Assembly (NCBI GenBank): GCA_028710695.1
Contig: JAQTTP010000004.1
Coordinates: forward strand, 57,102-89,101
Direction of reading: 5' to 3'
Length of the DNA stretch: 32,000 nt
Origin: Candidatus Iainarchaeum sp.
GTDB taxonomy: Archaea; Iainarchaeota; Iainarchaeia; Iainarchaeales; 0-14-0-20-30-16
Within the stretch, counting starts at the first letter, position 1. Each line of letters starts with the position of its first letter. The notes beneath the pieces were generated by a model. The model did not search any database. It had not been told where the DNA came from and saw only the letters and a list, made by a program, of their open reading frames with translations. The position numbers and the translations under genes were made by a program. This document shows positions 9,560 to 17,924 of the stretch, one piece after another.

Positions 9560-10840
9560 ATGAGATACTCAAATATAATTACAATGATTTTTGGAATTTT
9601 GTTATTGAGCACTTTTGGATTTGCCCTATCTGTCTCTTTATCTTTTAGTGACTCAAGTATGGGTGTTGGAGATTCTACAACTCTTACAGCAACAGTAAGC
9701 GGAACAGATACGGGAGTAACTGCTGAATTAAGCGGAACAGGAATAACAAGCGAGGCATTAACAACAAGCCCTGTAGCAGTTTCAGGAATATCAACACAAT
9801 CTCTAGGAAGTATATCTGATACCACAACTACAAGTTGGATAATACAAGGAAATGCTGTAGGAACATATTCTCTATTAGTGACTATTTCAGGAGATTCTGC
9901 AAGCACAACTGGAACTACAACTTTAGTAGTAAATAATCCTGCAAATATAATTTTAGATGACTATAGTTGTAACTCTGGAGATTCAAATTTATCAAGTGGA
10001 AATACATATACAGTAAGTTATACTTTGAGAAATTCTGGGGAGGAAAGTGCAACAATAACAAGTACGCCTACTTTAACTTATTTTTCAGTATATTCTAGAT
10101 CTAATGCGGATACTAGTAATCAAACTACAATAACCGGTGGAGAGACTAAATCAATAGCATTTACATTTACTCCATCTTTTGGAACAACAACAAGAACTGG
10201 AGCAATAAGTCTTGCTCTAACTGGTGCAAATGATCCAGATGACATTTCTTGTGGAAGTGTAACTCTGTATGTTGCACCTTCTACAGGGGGGACTACTGGG
10301 ACTAATGATGATGGTGATACAGATGGTGGTGTAGTAAGTGATGATGAAGACGAAGAAGAAGAGGATGATGGTGTAGTCACAACTACAACAACAACAAAAA
10401 CAATAACTACGGATAAATTTACTCTTGTTTTGCCAGAGAATGTTTCTGCAGGAGAAACAAAGGAATTAAAAATAATTGATTTAAACGGGCTTCCATTAAA
10501 GGATGTAAATATTCAGATAACAGATCCTAAGGGTGAAATTACATATAATTTGACTGATGCAAATGGTTTGTTAGATTATGAGTTCCTTTATGACGGAAAC
10601 TATGCAATAAAAGTTTACTACGGTGGAAAGACCTATAACTACACAATAACAGTAAAGCCAATAACTGCGGGTACTGAAGACACGAATGTAGGTACAACAG
10701 GTACAACAGAAGGCAAGAGTACTTGGTGGATTTGGGTAATAGTTGTAGTTGGTATTATTGCAGTAATAGTTGTTGCAGATTTATTGCACACATATTATGG
10801 AAATAAGCCTAAGAAAGGCGGACTAGCAAGATTGAAATAA
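9560..10840 (+). CDS. C-terminally anchored surface protein (signal peptide, CARDB-like domain, acidic tract, poly-Thr stalk, Ig/CarboxypepD_reg-like domain, TM anchor)
   Basis: GAGGTGAT Shine-Dalgarno site at 9547-9554, 12 nt after the giant gene's stop. Signal peptide MRYSNIITMIFGILLLSTFGFALS. Also SYTLRNSGEESATI (CARDB-like), DDEDEEEEDD, TTTTTTKTITT, and DLNGLPLKDVNIQITDPKGE...TDANGLLDYEFLYDGNYAIKV. C-terminal TM segment WWIWVIVVVGIIAVIVVADLL followed by a basic tail. Confidence 0.8.
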   Translation: MRYSNIITMIFGILLLSTFGFALSVSLSFSDSSMGVGDSTTLTATVSGTDTGVTAELSGTGITSEALTTSPVAVSGISTQSLGSISDTTTTSWIIQGNAVGTYSLLVTISGDSASTTGTTTLVVNNPANIILDDYSCNSGDSNLSSGNTYTVSYTLRNSGEESATITSTPTLTYFSVYSRSNADTSNQTTITGGETKSIAFTFTPSFGTTTRTGAISLALTGANDPDDISCGSVTLYVAPSTGGTTGTNDDGDTDGGVVSDDEDEEEEDDGVVTTTTTTKTITTDKFTLVLPENVSAGETKELKIIDLNGLPLKDVNIQITDPKGEITYNLTDANGLLDYEFLYDGNYAIKVYYGGKTYNYTITVKPITAGTEDTNVGTTGTTEGKSTWWIWVIVVVGIIAVIVVADLLHTYYGNKPKKGGLARLK

Positions 10841-10877
10841 GGTTAAAGTAATTTTTAACCTTTTCCTTCTTTATTTT
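10841..10877 (+). terminator. Hairpin plus T-tract terminator after the surface-protein pair
   Basis: GGTTAAA-gtaatt-TTTAACC stem-loop (10841-10860) starts immediately after the stop codon and is followed by TTTTCCTTCTTTATTTT. Confidence 0.4.
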
Positions 10878-10880
10878 ATT

Positions 10881-11624
10881 ATGTCTCATTTTAATACTCA
10901 TATAAAATTTGTAGAATCTCTGAATTCAAATCTTGATAAAAGATATTTGTTTTCGGGGTCCGTATTCCCTGATATTGGGCTATATGTTGATTTTTCAAAA
11001 ATAAACAAAGAAAAAGACTTTACTCATTTTTTACATTTTCCAGAGCCAAGAAGTGAAAATGGAATAAAGTTTGGAAAAGCTTTAATGGAAAAAGCAAAAA
11101 CAAAGAAGGAATTGTCTTTTGCTGTTGGGGTTTATAGTCATTTCTTTTTGGATCAAACTGTTCATTCTTATATTATGAAAAATAATTTGCCCATGGCTGA
11201 GCACATAATGCTTGAGTTTTTTAGGGCACATAATGATTTTTTAAAAAGAGTTAAAAAATTATATTTGCCAAAAGAATTTTGTGTGTCTGTGTTTGAAGAA
11301 ACATTCCCTACAGATAAAGAATATGCTATTCAGATCAGAGAAGTTGGTTGGTTGAAGTTGTTTAAATTTAGATTTATTAATGATTATCTTTTGCGGCATT
11401 TAATAAAAACAAATTATGGAGAAAAACAAAAAAAATTGTGGCTTGTAAAATTAGTTTTTTCTTTTTTTAGGGCAGGGTATAAGAAAAAAGAGGGTGAGGA
11501 CTTGTATTCTTATCTTTATCCTTCACTGATTCTTAAAAAAGTACATTTAAGTAATATGGATAGAATTATTGCAAAAACCCAAAAAGAATTTTTAAAAGAT
11601 CTGGTAGTTAATTGGAATTTGTGA
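10881..11624 (+). CDS. Hypothetical protein, possibly a zinc-dependent phospholipase C-like (PF00882-like) metal hydrolase
   Basis: 247-aa ORF with no signal peptide. N-terminal MSHFNTH, GSVFPDIG, FTHFLHF and GVYSHFFLDQTVHSYI resemble the His/Asp metal-ligand pattern of the PLC-like family. This is weak, motif-level evidence only. Confidence 0.4.
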   Translation: MSHFNTHIKFVESLNSNLDKRYLFSGSVFPDIGLYVDFSKINKEKDFTHFLHFPEPRSENGIKFGKALMEKAKTKKELSFAVGVYSHFFLDQTVHSYIMKNNLPMAEHIMLEFFRAHNDFLKRVKKLYLPKEFCVSVFEETFPTDKEYAIQIREVGWLKLFKFRFINDYLLRHLIKTNYGEKQKKLWLVKLVFSFFRAGYKKKEGEDLYSYLYPSLILKKVHLSNMDRIIAKTQKEFLKDLVVNWNL

Positions 11625-11644
11625 ATTTTAATAGTTATTGCTGA

Positions 11645-12628
11645 TTATAGGGTATTGGTATTAATCTCATCTGCTGCTTTTGATTTTATGCCTAATTCTT
11701 TTTCAATTCCTCTTGAGAGCCCATCAGTATGGCCGTGATAAGTATAAACCATCTTTGGTTTGCTTGTGCCTATGAAGTCTAAAAGACCTTTGTAATCGGA
11801 ATGTGATGACAGGTTTACACAGTTCTTTAGATTATGTCCTGTTACGTGCAAGTAATCTGCTCTTTTTCCTGAAATAAATGAAATATAATTGATCATTTCT
11901 TGATTATATTTTGATGGTGGCAAGACAACGCAATTTGCATCTCTTACCTCTTCTAAAGGTAACATGTTTTTTAGTTTTTTGCCATACAAGTTATAGACTT
12001 CATTGGAGTCTAAAGTTTCTGTTGGCAGGGCTATGTATCCGAAATTACTTTTGTTTAATTCTTTTACTATTTCTTGAGTTTTTCCTAGCCTGTGGGTTAT
12101 TATCACGGGCATTTTGTTATTACGAATAGCTTGTTTTACCCAATTGTTTATTTGGGTGTAACCCTCTGGCCTTTTTGGGAATTGGTATTTTTCTAAGCCA
12201 TATGTGCTTTCAATAATCATAAAGTCCAAATCTTCTATTGGTTTTATTGGTCTAGAAACATTTGTTTCTGTTGTGTTTATGTCTCCAGTAATTGCAAACC
12301 GTGTTTTATCATTTTCTACAAGAACTGCTGAGCTTCCAAGAATATGCCCAGAATTAAGTAAAGTGATTGTATTGCCATTGAGCTTTATTGGCTTGTTGTA
12401 CTCAGATGGAATAAAGTTTGCATCAAAATCAAGGCCTTGTTTTAGGAGTTCTATTGTTGCGGGGTGAGCAATAAAGGCATTGTATCTCCCATTTTTTGAT
12501 ATTTTTATGTGATCCGAATGGGCGTGAGTGATTATATTTAGTTCAGAATAATTCTTTTGAGAAATTGGATCTATTGTAAAAGGGACCTCTCCAGAGTATT
12601 TTACTGTAGTATTACTTATGCTTAACAT
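11645..12628 (-). CDS. Metallo-beta-lactamase fold nuclease of the beta-CASP family (short form, 327 aa)
   Basis: Has ITHAHSDHI (HxHxDH), SGHILGSS, ITGDIN, IIESTYG (beta-CASP motif A), SSHSDYKGLLDFI (motif B) and YTYHGH (motif C). Confidence 0.75.
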   Translation of the reverse strand: MLSISNTTVKYSGEVPFTIDPISQKNYSELNIITHAHSDHIKISKNGRYNAFIAHPATIELLKQGLDFDANFIPSEYNKPIKLNGNTITLLNSGHILGSSAVLVENDKTRFAITGDINTTETNVSRPIKPIEDLDFMIIESTYGLEKYQFPKRPEGYTQINNWVKQAIRNNKMPVIITHRLGKTQEIVKELNKSNFGYIALPTETLDSNEVYNLYGKKLKNMLPLEEVRDANCVVLPPSKYNQEMINYISFISGKRADYLHVTGHNLKNCVNLSSHSDYKGLLDFIGTSKPKMVYTYHGHTDGLSRGIEKELGIKSKAADEINTNTL

Positions 12629-12727
12629 TTAGATCCCTTATTTGTGATTGTAAAAATAGGGCTTTCTAGATTATAAACATTATTGATTAGTGAAATTAAA
12701 AAAATAGAAAAAAAGAGAAATGTAAAA

Positions 12728-13132
12728 TTACATTTCAACTGCATTTACAATTCCTGTTTGGCCCGGTCTTGAAGTAACTTTTACCATCATTGTTTTTTCG
12801 CCAATTTTTACTTCTACTTCTGCACCTTTAGTTAATATATTTCTTCTTACAAACTCTTTGTGTGCTTTGTTTACTTTTTCAGTAACCATTTGGCCTTTTA
12901 CTATTTTTCCAGTCTTTAATTTAACATTTACAAATTTTAGTTTTAATGGTGCAGTTTTTGTCATACCACTTTTTACTCTTAAAACCTTTCTTTTCTCTTC
13001 AGTTTGTGTTATTATTGGGTTAGAAGCATTGTTTCTTAGCTCTGATAACTTCTTTTTCTTTCGTCTTATTGTGTGGTTTATTCCGCCAGTTGGCTTTCTT
13101 CTTGATTTCTCATTAGATAACATTAAATTCAC
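12728..13132 (-). CDS. rps8e: 30S ribosomal protein S8e
   Basis: N-terminal SRRKPTGGINHTIRRKKKKLSELRN and the overall basic ~130-aa length match S8e. The true start may be the Met at 13123. Confidence 0.9.
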   Translation of the reverse strand: MNLMLSNEKSRRKPTGGINHTIRRKKKKLSELRNNASNPIITQTEEKRKVLRVKSGMTKTAPLKLKFVNVKLKTGKIVKGQMVTEKVNKAHKEFVRRNILTKGAEVEVKIGEKTMMVKVTSRPGQTGIVNAVEM

Positions 13133-13258
13133 CTTTACCTATATATATAAATAATACTTAATTATTAGTATATATTTTTAAATAAGATAGTTTTATGACT
13201 AAATGTTTTTAATATTTAGTGCGTTAATTATATTGATTTATATTTCTGGGGTGAGATT

Positions 13259-13690
13259 GTGAAGGACGATTTTTATGATTTTGACCCATTCAAATTGTTT
13301 AGAAAATTCGAAAAAATGTTCTCGGACATGGAAACTATGGATAGAAAGATAAAAGCAACAGTAAGAGAGCCATTGGTTGATGTTTCTGAAACTGAGGATG
13401 AAATTAAGGTTTTAGTTGAGCTTCCAGGGGTGGACAAGAAAGACATAGACTTGGAAGTGAAAGGAAATTTTTTGATAATTAAAGCAGGAATTTCAAGGCA
13501 AAATAAGAAAGAGCAAAAGGATTACTTGTATCAGGAAAGGACTTATCAGCAGTATTATAGAATGGTGCCTTTGACTAAAGAAGTAGATCCGAAAAAAATA
13601 GAGGCAAAGTATAACAATGGAATTTTGGAAATTATTTTAACAAAGAAAACAGAATTAAAAAAAGTAGTAACTAAAATAAAAGTCAAATAG
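13259..13690 (+). CDS. hsp20: Small heat-shock protein, Hsp20/alpha-crystallin family
   Basis: Alpha-crystallin core: DVSETEDEIKVLVELPGVDKKDIDLEVKGNFLIIKA ... AKYNNGILEIILTK. GGGGTGAG Shine-Dalgarno site upstream of the GTG start. Confidence 0.9.
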   Translation: MKDDFYDFDPFKLFRKFEKMFSDMETMDRKIKATVREPLVDVSETEDEIKVLVELPGVDKKDIDLEVKGNFLIIKAGISRQNKKEQKDYLYQERTYQQYYRMVPLTKEVDPKKIEAKYNNGILEIILTKKTELKKVVTKIKVK

Positions 13691-13700
13691 GGGGTTTTTC

Positions 13701-13976
13701 ATGGCTTTATTAGCAAAAGTTGGTGTCTTTAGTCTTGCAAAGACTTTGTCATTATATAATATTTTATTTGGTATTATTGTGGCAATAATTACTTTGATAC
13801 TAAAGATATTTTCAGTTGGTACTCTGGCAAGTTATACTTGGGGTGCTGCAGTAATATATGAAGTAGTGTTCATAATCGCTATGCCAATAATTGGGTTCAT
13901 AATGGGTATAATACTTGCCTTGATAATTAATTGGGCTCTAAAAGTTGGTGGCGGATTAGAAATAAGTCTAGAATAA
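13701..13976 (+). CDS. Small integral membrane protein (91 aa, 2-3 TM segments), unknown function
   Basis: AGGGGG Shine-Dalgarno site 7 nt upstream. Strongly hydrophobic. Lies 10 nt after hsp20 and 1 nt before the next gene, so it is likely co-transcribed. Confidence 0.6.
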   Translation: MALLAKVGVFSLAKTLSLYNILFGIIVAIITLILKIFSVGTLASYTWGAAVIYEVVFIIAMPIIGFIMGIILALIINWALKVGGGLEISLE

Positions 13977-13977
13977 T

Positions 13978-15117
13978 GTGGTGTCTGTGCCTATAACTAT
14001 GCCAATAATATTTGATAAGTTGAGGAGGAGAACTAAGAAGTCTGTGGTTAGTGTAGACTATACTGTGTTCATCTTCTTCTTTATCATTATTCTTGTTTCT
14101 CTAATCCTTTTTTCTTTTACTGACAAATTTCTTAGCGTTCTTTTTTTGTGTTTAGTTTTCTTGATATCTGTTTTATTTCACGATATAATACAGATTTTAG
14201 TTGCAAGAATCTTTAGCTATAAGCTGAAAAGATTTATTCTTTTTCCTTTTGGGTCAAAGAAAGTTTTTGATAGGCCTTTTGATAAAGCGGTACATGAGTT
14301 AGTTTATGCTTTTTCTGGGCCGATAAGTAACTTGATTCTATTATTGATTGCCTTTATAGTTGCAACTAATATTCCGGGTGCTTGGCCGCAATCCATAATG
14401 TTGAAGGAAACATTGACTGCTCAGACATTTGATGTTGCTTTAATACAATTTCCTTTGTTCGTAGTGTTTTGGATAAACTTCTTATTATTTGTTTTTAACC
14501 TTTTAGTTCCTGCTCTGCCTCTAGATGGTGGTAGGATTTTCCATTCTTTGTTAACAATATTCTTTGGAAACTATTCATCAAATAAGATACTGCCAATATT
14601 TAGTAAAGTCTTGGGTTTTATTGTAATTCTCTGTGGTTTTATATTTTGGGATATCTTGGTTTTAGTCCTGGGTGTTTTCATATATTTTATGAGTAATAAA
14701 GAAGCAAAAGAAAACGAACTTTATGTTACTCTTGAAGGTCAAAAAGCCGGAGACTATATCTCTACAAAATACCTTATGGCTAAAGCAGATGACTCTGTAT
14801 TTGATGTTTTTACAAAAATGTCTGAACAGAGAGAAGTTGATGTAATTGTTGACTTTGGAAAGGATGAATATGGAGTAATAAGTGTTGATACTATTGCTTC
14901 GATTCCTAAGTTACACTGGGCTTCTGAGAAAGTTGGGGATCATTCTAAGATAGTAGATCATGTTTTGCCTTCTGAAGGCCTGGCTTTTGTTGTTCAATAT
15001 ATGATGGAAAACAACCTGAACATTTTACCTGTTTTCAGTACAAAAGACAAACAAATAAATGGGGTTCTTAAGAGAATAGATATTGCAAGTGTAATTAGAT
15101 TAGGTAGAATTTCTTGA
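13978..15117 (+). CDS. Site-2 protease (peptidase M50)-like membrane protein with a C-terminal CBS pair; the HExxH motif is degenerate
   Basis: M50 second motif FNLLVPALPLDGGRIF (about 14500-14540) and the expected TM topology are present. Two CBS-like repeats sit at the C-terminus (GVISVDTIASI ... ILPVFS...INGVLKRIDIASVIRL). The position that normally reads HELGH reads HDIIQ (nt 14179-14193). Confidence 0.8.
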   Translation: MVSVPITMPIIFDKLRRRTKKSVVSVDYTVFIFFFIIILVSLILFSFTDKFLSVLFLCLVFLISVLFHDIIQILVARIFSYKLKRFILFPFGSKKVFDRPFDKAVHELVYAFSGPISNLILLLIAFIVATNIPGAWPQSIMLKETLTAQTFDVALIQFPLFVVFWINFLLFVFNLLVPALPLDGGRIFHSLLTIFFGNYSSNKILPIFSKVLGFIVILCGFIFWDILVLVLGVFIYFMSNKEAKENELYVTLEGQKAGDYISTKYLMAKADDSVFDVFTKMSEQREVDVIVDFGKDEYGVISVDTIASIPKLHWASEKVGDHSKIVDHVLPSEGLAFVVQYMMENNLNILPVFSTKDKQINGVLKRIDIASVIRLGRIS

Positions 15118-15221
15118 GGGCTTGACTAAAGCGGTCTTGATCCTATGAGCTGCCTAAAGCTTTATATATCTAAATAAAGTTATTTTACTTGTTTAACTTA
15201 TATAATTAAGAGGGGAAAGTT

Positions 15222-17876
15222 ATGAAGAAGATTCTTTTATTACTATTTTGTTTGATTTTTATTGCAAGTGTTGGTTTTTCCGAAACCGTTTTGTCAGGGG
15301 TGTTGAATTCTAAGCTTGATCTTGTTTCTGGAGGGGTTTATACTGTTGAGGGGGATATGTATATCCGGGCTGCAGGGCAATTTTCTATGGCTGCAAATCA
15401 AATTGGCGTGGAATTTAGGTGTCTTCCAGGAATAACAATACATGTTGAGTCAGACTTTACTGGGAATTATTTATTTGATATAAAAGGGGCTAATTTCCAT
15501 ATTGATAATTGTGTAATTGATTTTGGATTGGATAATAAAACTGCATTTTACTATGATACAGCAAGCAAAGCAAATATAACTAACACAACCATAAATAATG
15601 CGTCTGTTGCAATAAGATTGCATAAAATTGCGGATGTATCAACGATTTCTAACTTGTTTTTAGAAAACGTGACAACTGGGATATATGCTACCTCGCGATT
15701 TTCTGATCAAATTCGTGCAAATATAACGACTAATGGCTTAAGAGGCTCTAATGTAGATTATTATTTTAATTTTTCTGGAAATGTTATTTATCAAACTGGC
15801 TTATTTTTGAATATTACTGATTTATCAGTTACAGATTTTACAAAAATGGGGTTTACTTCTATTAACACCCCAACCTATACAATAAATATAGACCAAATAA
15901 ATAGCACAAGTTTGATTGATTTAACTGGATCTTTGTTTAAAGAATTGGATCTTGCAAACAGCTCTATAAATCAACTAAAAGTTACAAATAATTCTGTTAC
16001 TGATAGTGTTAAAATAGACATTTCGGATACTATTATAGATTCTTGTGGAGACTATTGTATTTATCTGGATGCAAAAGTGTTCCCTTTAACTCTTACTAAT
16101 GTTTATTTTGATTCTGGTGATTATGGGGTTAAGACTGGTAGCACAAATACTAAAGAGATATATTTTTTGTCTACAAATTCAATTTACTCCGAAATTGATA
16201 ATGCTTTGTCTTTTCGCCAAAAAACAATGACTTTTCAATCAACTGGTGATAATTATGGTGGAGGAAATGTAATTTTAGAAAATATTTCCACCCCCGAAAA
16301 TGTGGCCATTAATTCTGCAACAGGATTAGGTAATCTGACAGTAGTTAACTCTGGTGGGGCTTTAGCGGTAATAAATTCAGAATTTAGTCCTGAAAAGGGG
16401 CTATTATTATCTACTTGTAATGCCAGTAGTTTAATTGGTTTGAATAATGTTATTTTTTCTACAGATCAAGAAATAAAGGACTTTGTTGAAGGATTTTTTT
16501 CTGATGATTCTTGTTATCCTTATTTGTTGTCTGCAGGTAACACAAAAATAAATACTGATAAGTTTTGGTCTTTTAATAAATCTGCAGGTAGTGATAATCC
16601 GGATGTTACTGGTGTAATAACTGATGCTGATGCGCCAGATTTTTCAGCAATACTTGCATATGATTATCCATTATCAATTACTGGTGTAACTGCGGGATAT
16701 GCTAGATTTGACAGCTCTTCAGATGAAGATGAATTTAGTTTAGAAGGTGTTTCTTTTATTGATTTATATAATAATAGTACAAATTTAACAATTCTGAGAA
16801 GTGAAATTGAAACTATAGAATTAATTGACACAGAGGGAATAATTAAAGCAAACACAATTGGGCATTTAAGTTTAGATGGTTTAAGTGATGGTCTAAAAAT
16901 ATCAAATAACGAAATTTATTATCCTTTAGAATGTGATTCATTATCAAACACAAGTGATGTTTCATATTATGATGCAAAGGATTTGACTGCAAAAAACATA
17001 AAAGGAGTAAATGGAACAGGTGGAAACTGGTGGGCTGGATTTTCTGATAGCTCAACAAAATGTAAAAATGAAATTGATGATGCATTCTGTGATGCAAAAT
17101 ATACTTTTACTTGTAATGGAAAAACATATGATGATTTGTATCCTTTGACTTTGCTTGGGCCTACAGTAGTTGTTGATGAAGATAATGAGAATAATGATAG
17201 TTCGTCAAATTCCTCTTCAAATTCTAACTCTTGTACAAAGAACTCTGATTGTTTGGGAACAGAATCTTGTATTAGTGGGCAATGTAAAGACTTAAACTGT
17301 AAAGTTGGACAAGTAATCTCTAACTATGCTTGTGTGGATTGTTTAACTGATGCTCAATGCCCTGCAGATTCAAAGTGTAGCTTGAATAAATGTGAAAAAG
17401 TTACTTGTAAAGCTGATGAGAAAGTTGAAAGCCACAAATGTGTAAAGCTTTCAGGGAATGCAGGTTTAGGAACAGGTACAGATAAAGATATTGATGTAGA
17501 TGCTGGTGTTGATAAGGATGTTGATTCGGATGTTAATGCTCCCGGCGGCCAAATAGAAGAGCCAGGATTTTTCCAGAAATTGTCTGATTGGATAAAAGGT
17601 CATGCACTGGTATTGGGAATTGTTGGCGGAATAGTAGTTCTTTTGATCATAATTCTGATTGTAGTTCTTGTAGTGCTACATAACAAGAAAAAGAAAGCTT
17701 TGTTGGGCGAAGAAGAACCAAAAGAAGAATCAGTAGAGGCCGAACCAGAAGAGAAGGAACCTAAGGAAGAAAAAGAGCCTCAAAAGGAAGAGGAAGAACC
17801 AAAGGCTGAAGGCGAAGATAAAAGCCCTGAAGATGAAGATAGTGATAACTTAGATACCTCTGGATGGAGTAAATAA
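15222..17876 (+). CDS. Type I membrane surface protein: signal peptide, parallel beta-helix (PbH1-like) region, duplicated 5-Cys module, TM anchor, acidic P/E/K-rich cytoplasmic tail
   Basis: GAGGGG Shine-Dalgarno site. Signal peptide MKKILLLLFCLIFIASVGFS. Repetitive N-x-[ST]/I/V-rich beta-helix-like segments (NITNTTINNASVAIRL..., LENVTTGIYATS...). C-x5-C-x5-C-x4-C-x4-C-K occurs twice (17232-17303 and 17340-17411). TM segment LVLGIVGGIVVLLIIILIVVLVVL, then NKKKK and an EEPKEE-type tail. Confidence 0.8.
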   Translation: MKKILLLLFCLIFIASVGFSETVLSGVLNSKLDLVSGGVYTVEGDMYIRAAGQFSMAANQIGVEFRCLPGITIHVESDFTGNYLFDIKGANFHIDNCVIDFGLDNKTAFYYDTASKANITNTTINNASVAIRLHKIADVSTISNLFLENVTTGIYATSRFSDQIRANITTNGLRGSNVDYYFNFSGNVIYQTGLFLNITDLSVTDFTKMGFTSINTPTYTINIDQINSTSLIDLTGSLFKELDLANSSINQLKVTNNSVTDSVKIDISDTIIDSCGDYCIYLDAKVFPLTLTNVYFDSGDYGVKTGSTNTKEIYFLSTNSIYSEIDNALSFRQKTMTFQSTGDNYGGGNVILENISTPENVAINSATGLGNLTVVNSGGALAVINSEFSPEKGLLLSTCNASSLIGLNNVIFSTDQEIKDFVEGFFSDDSCYPYLLSAGNTKINTDKFWSFNKSAGSDNPDVTGVITDADAPDFSAILAYDYPLSITGVTAGYARFDSSSDEDEFSLEGVSFIDLYNNSTNLTILRSEIETIELIDTEGIIKANTIGHLSLDGLSDGLKISNNEIYYPLECDSLSNTSDVSYYDAKDLTAKNIKGVNGTGGNWWAGFSDSSTKCKNEIDDAFCDAKYTFTCNGKTYDDLYPLTLLGPTVVVDEDNENNDSSSNSSSNSNSCTKNSDCLGTESCISGQCKDLNCKVGQVISNYACVDCLTDAQCPADSKCSLNKCEKVTCKADEKVESHKCVKLSGNAGLGTGTDKDIDVDAGVDKDVDSDVNAPGGQIEEPGFFQKLSDWIKGHALVLGIVGGIVVLLIIILIVVLVVLHNKKKKALLGEEEPKEESVEAEPEEKEPKEEKEPQKEEEEPKAEGEDKSPEDEDSDNLDTSGWSK

Positions 17877-17890
17877 GGCTTTTTGGGAGT

Positions 17891-17906
17891 AACCTTTTTA
17901 AAGGTT
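17891..17906 (+). promoter_or_regulatory. Palindrome AACCTTT-TT-AAAGGTT containing a TATA-like TTTTTAAA box, placed for the 5S rRNA promoter; it may also terminate the upstream gene
   Basis: TTTTTAAA (17895-17902) is centred about 26 nt upstream of the predicted 5S 5' end (17925). This is the canonical archaeal TATA-to-TSS spacing. Confidence 0.4.
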
Positions 17907-17924
17907 TCTCCTACATATATTCTC

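Noticed and set aside
9544-9906. 120-aa minus-strand ORF spanning the junction between the giant gene and its partner
   Set aside because: It is antisense to a well-supported signal-peptide N-terminus that has a strong Shine-Dalgarno site, and it has no features of its own.
17701-17873. GAA/AAG-rich repetitive DNA (also 10312-10414) as a tandem repeat or CRISPR-like array
   Set aside because: These runs are in-frame coding low complexity (EEPKEE tail; DDEDEEEEDD and poly-Thr). They are irregular in period and have no repeat-spacer structure.
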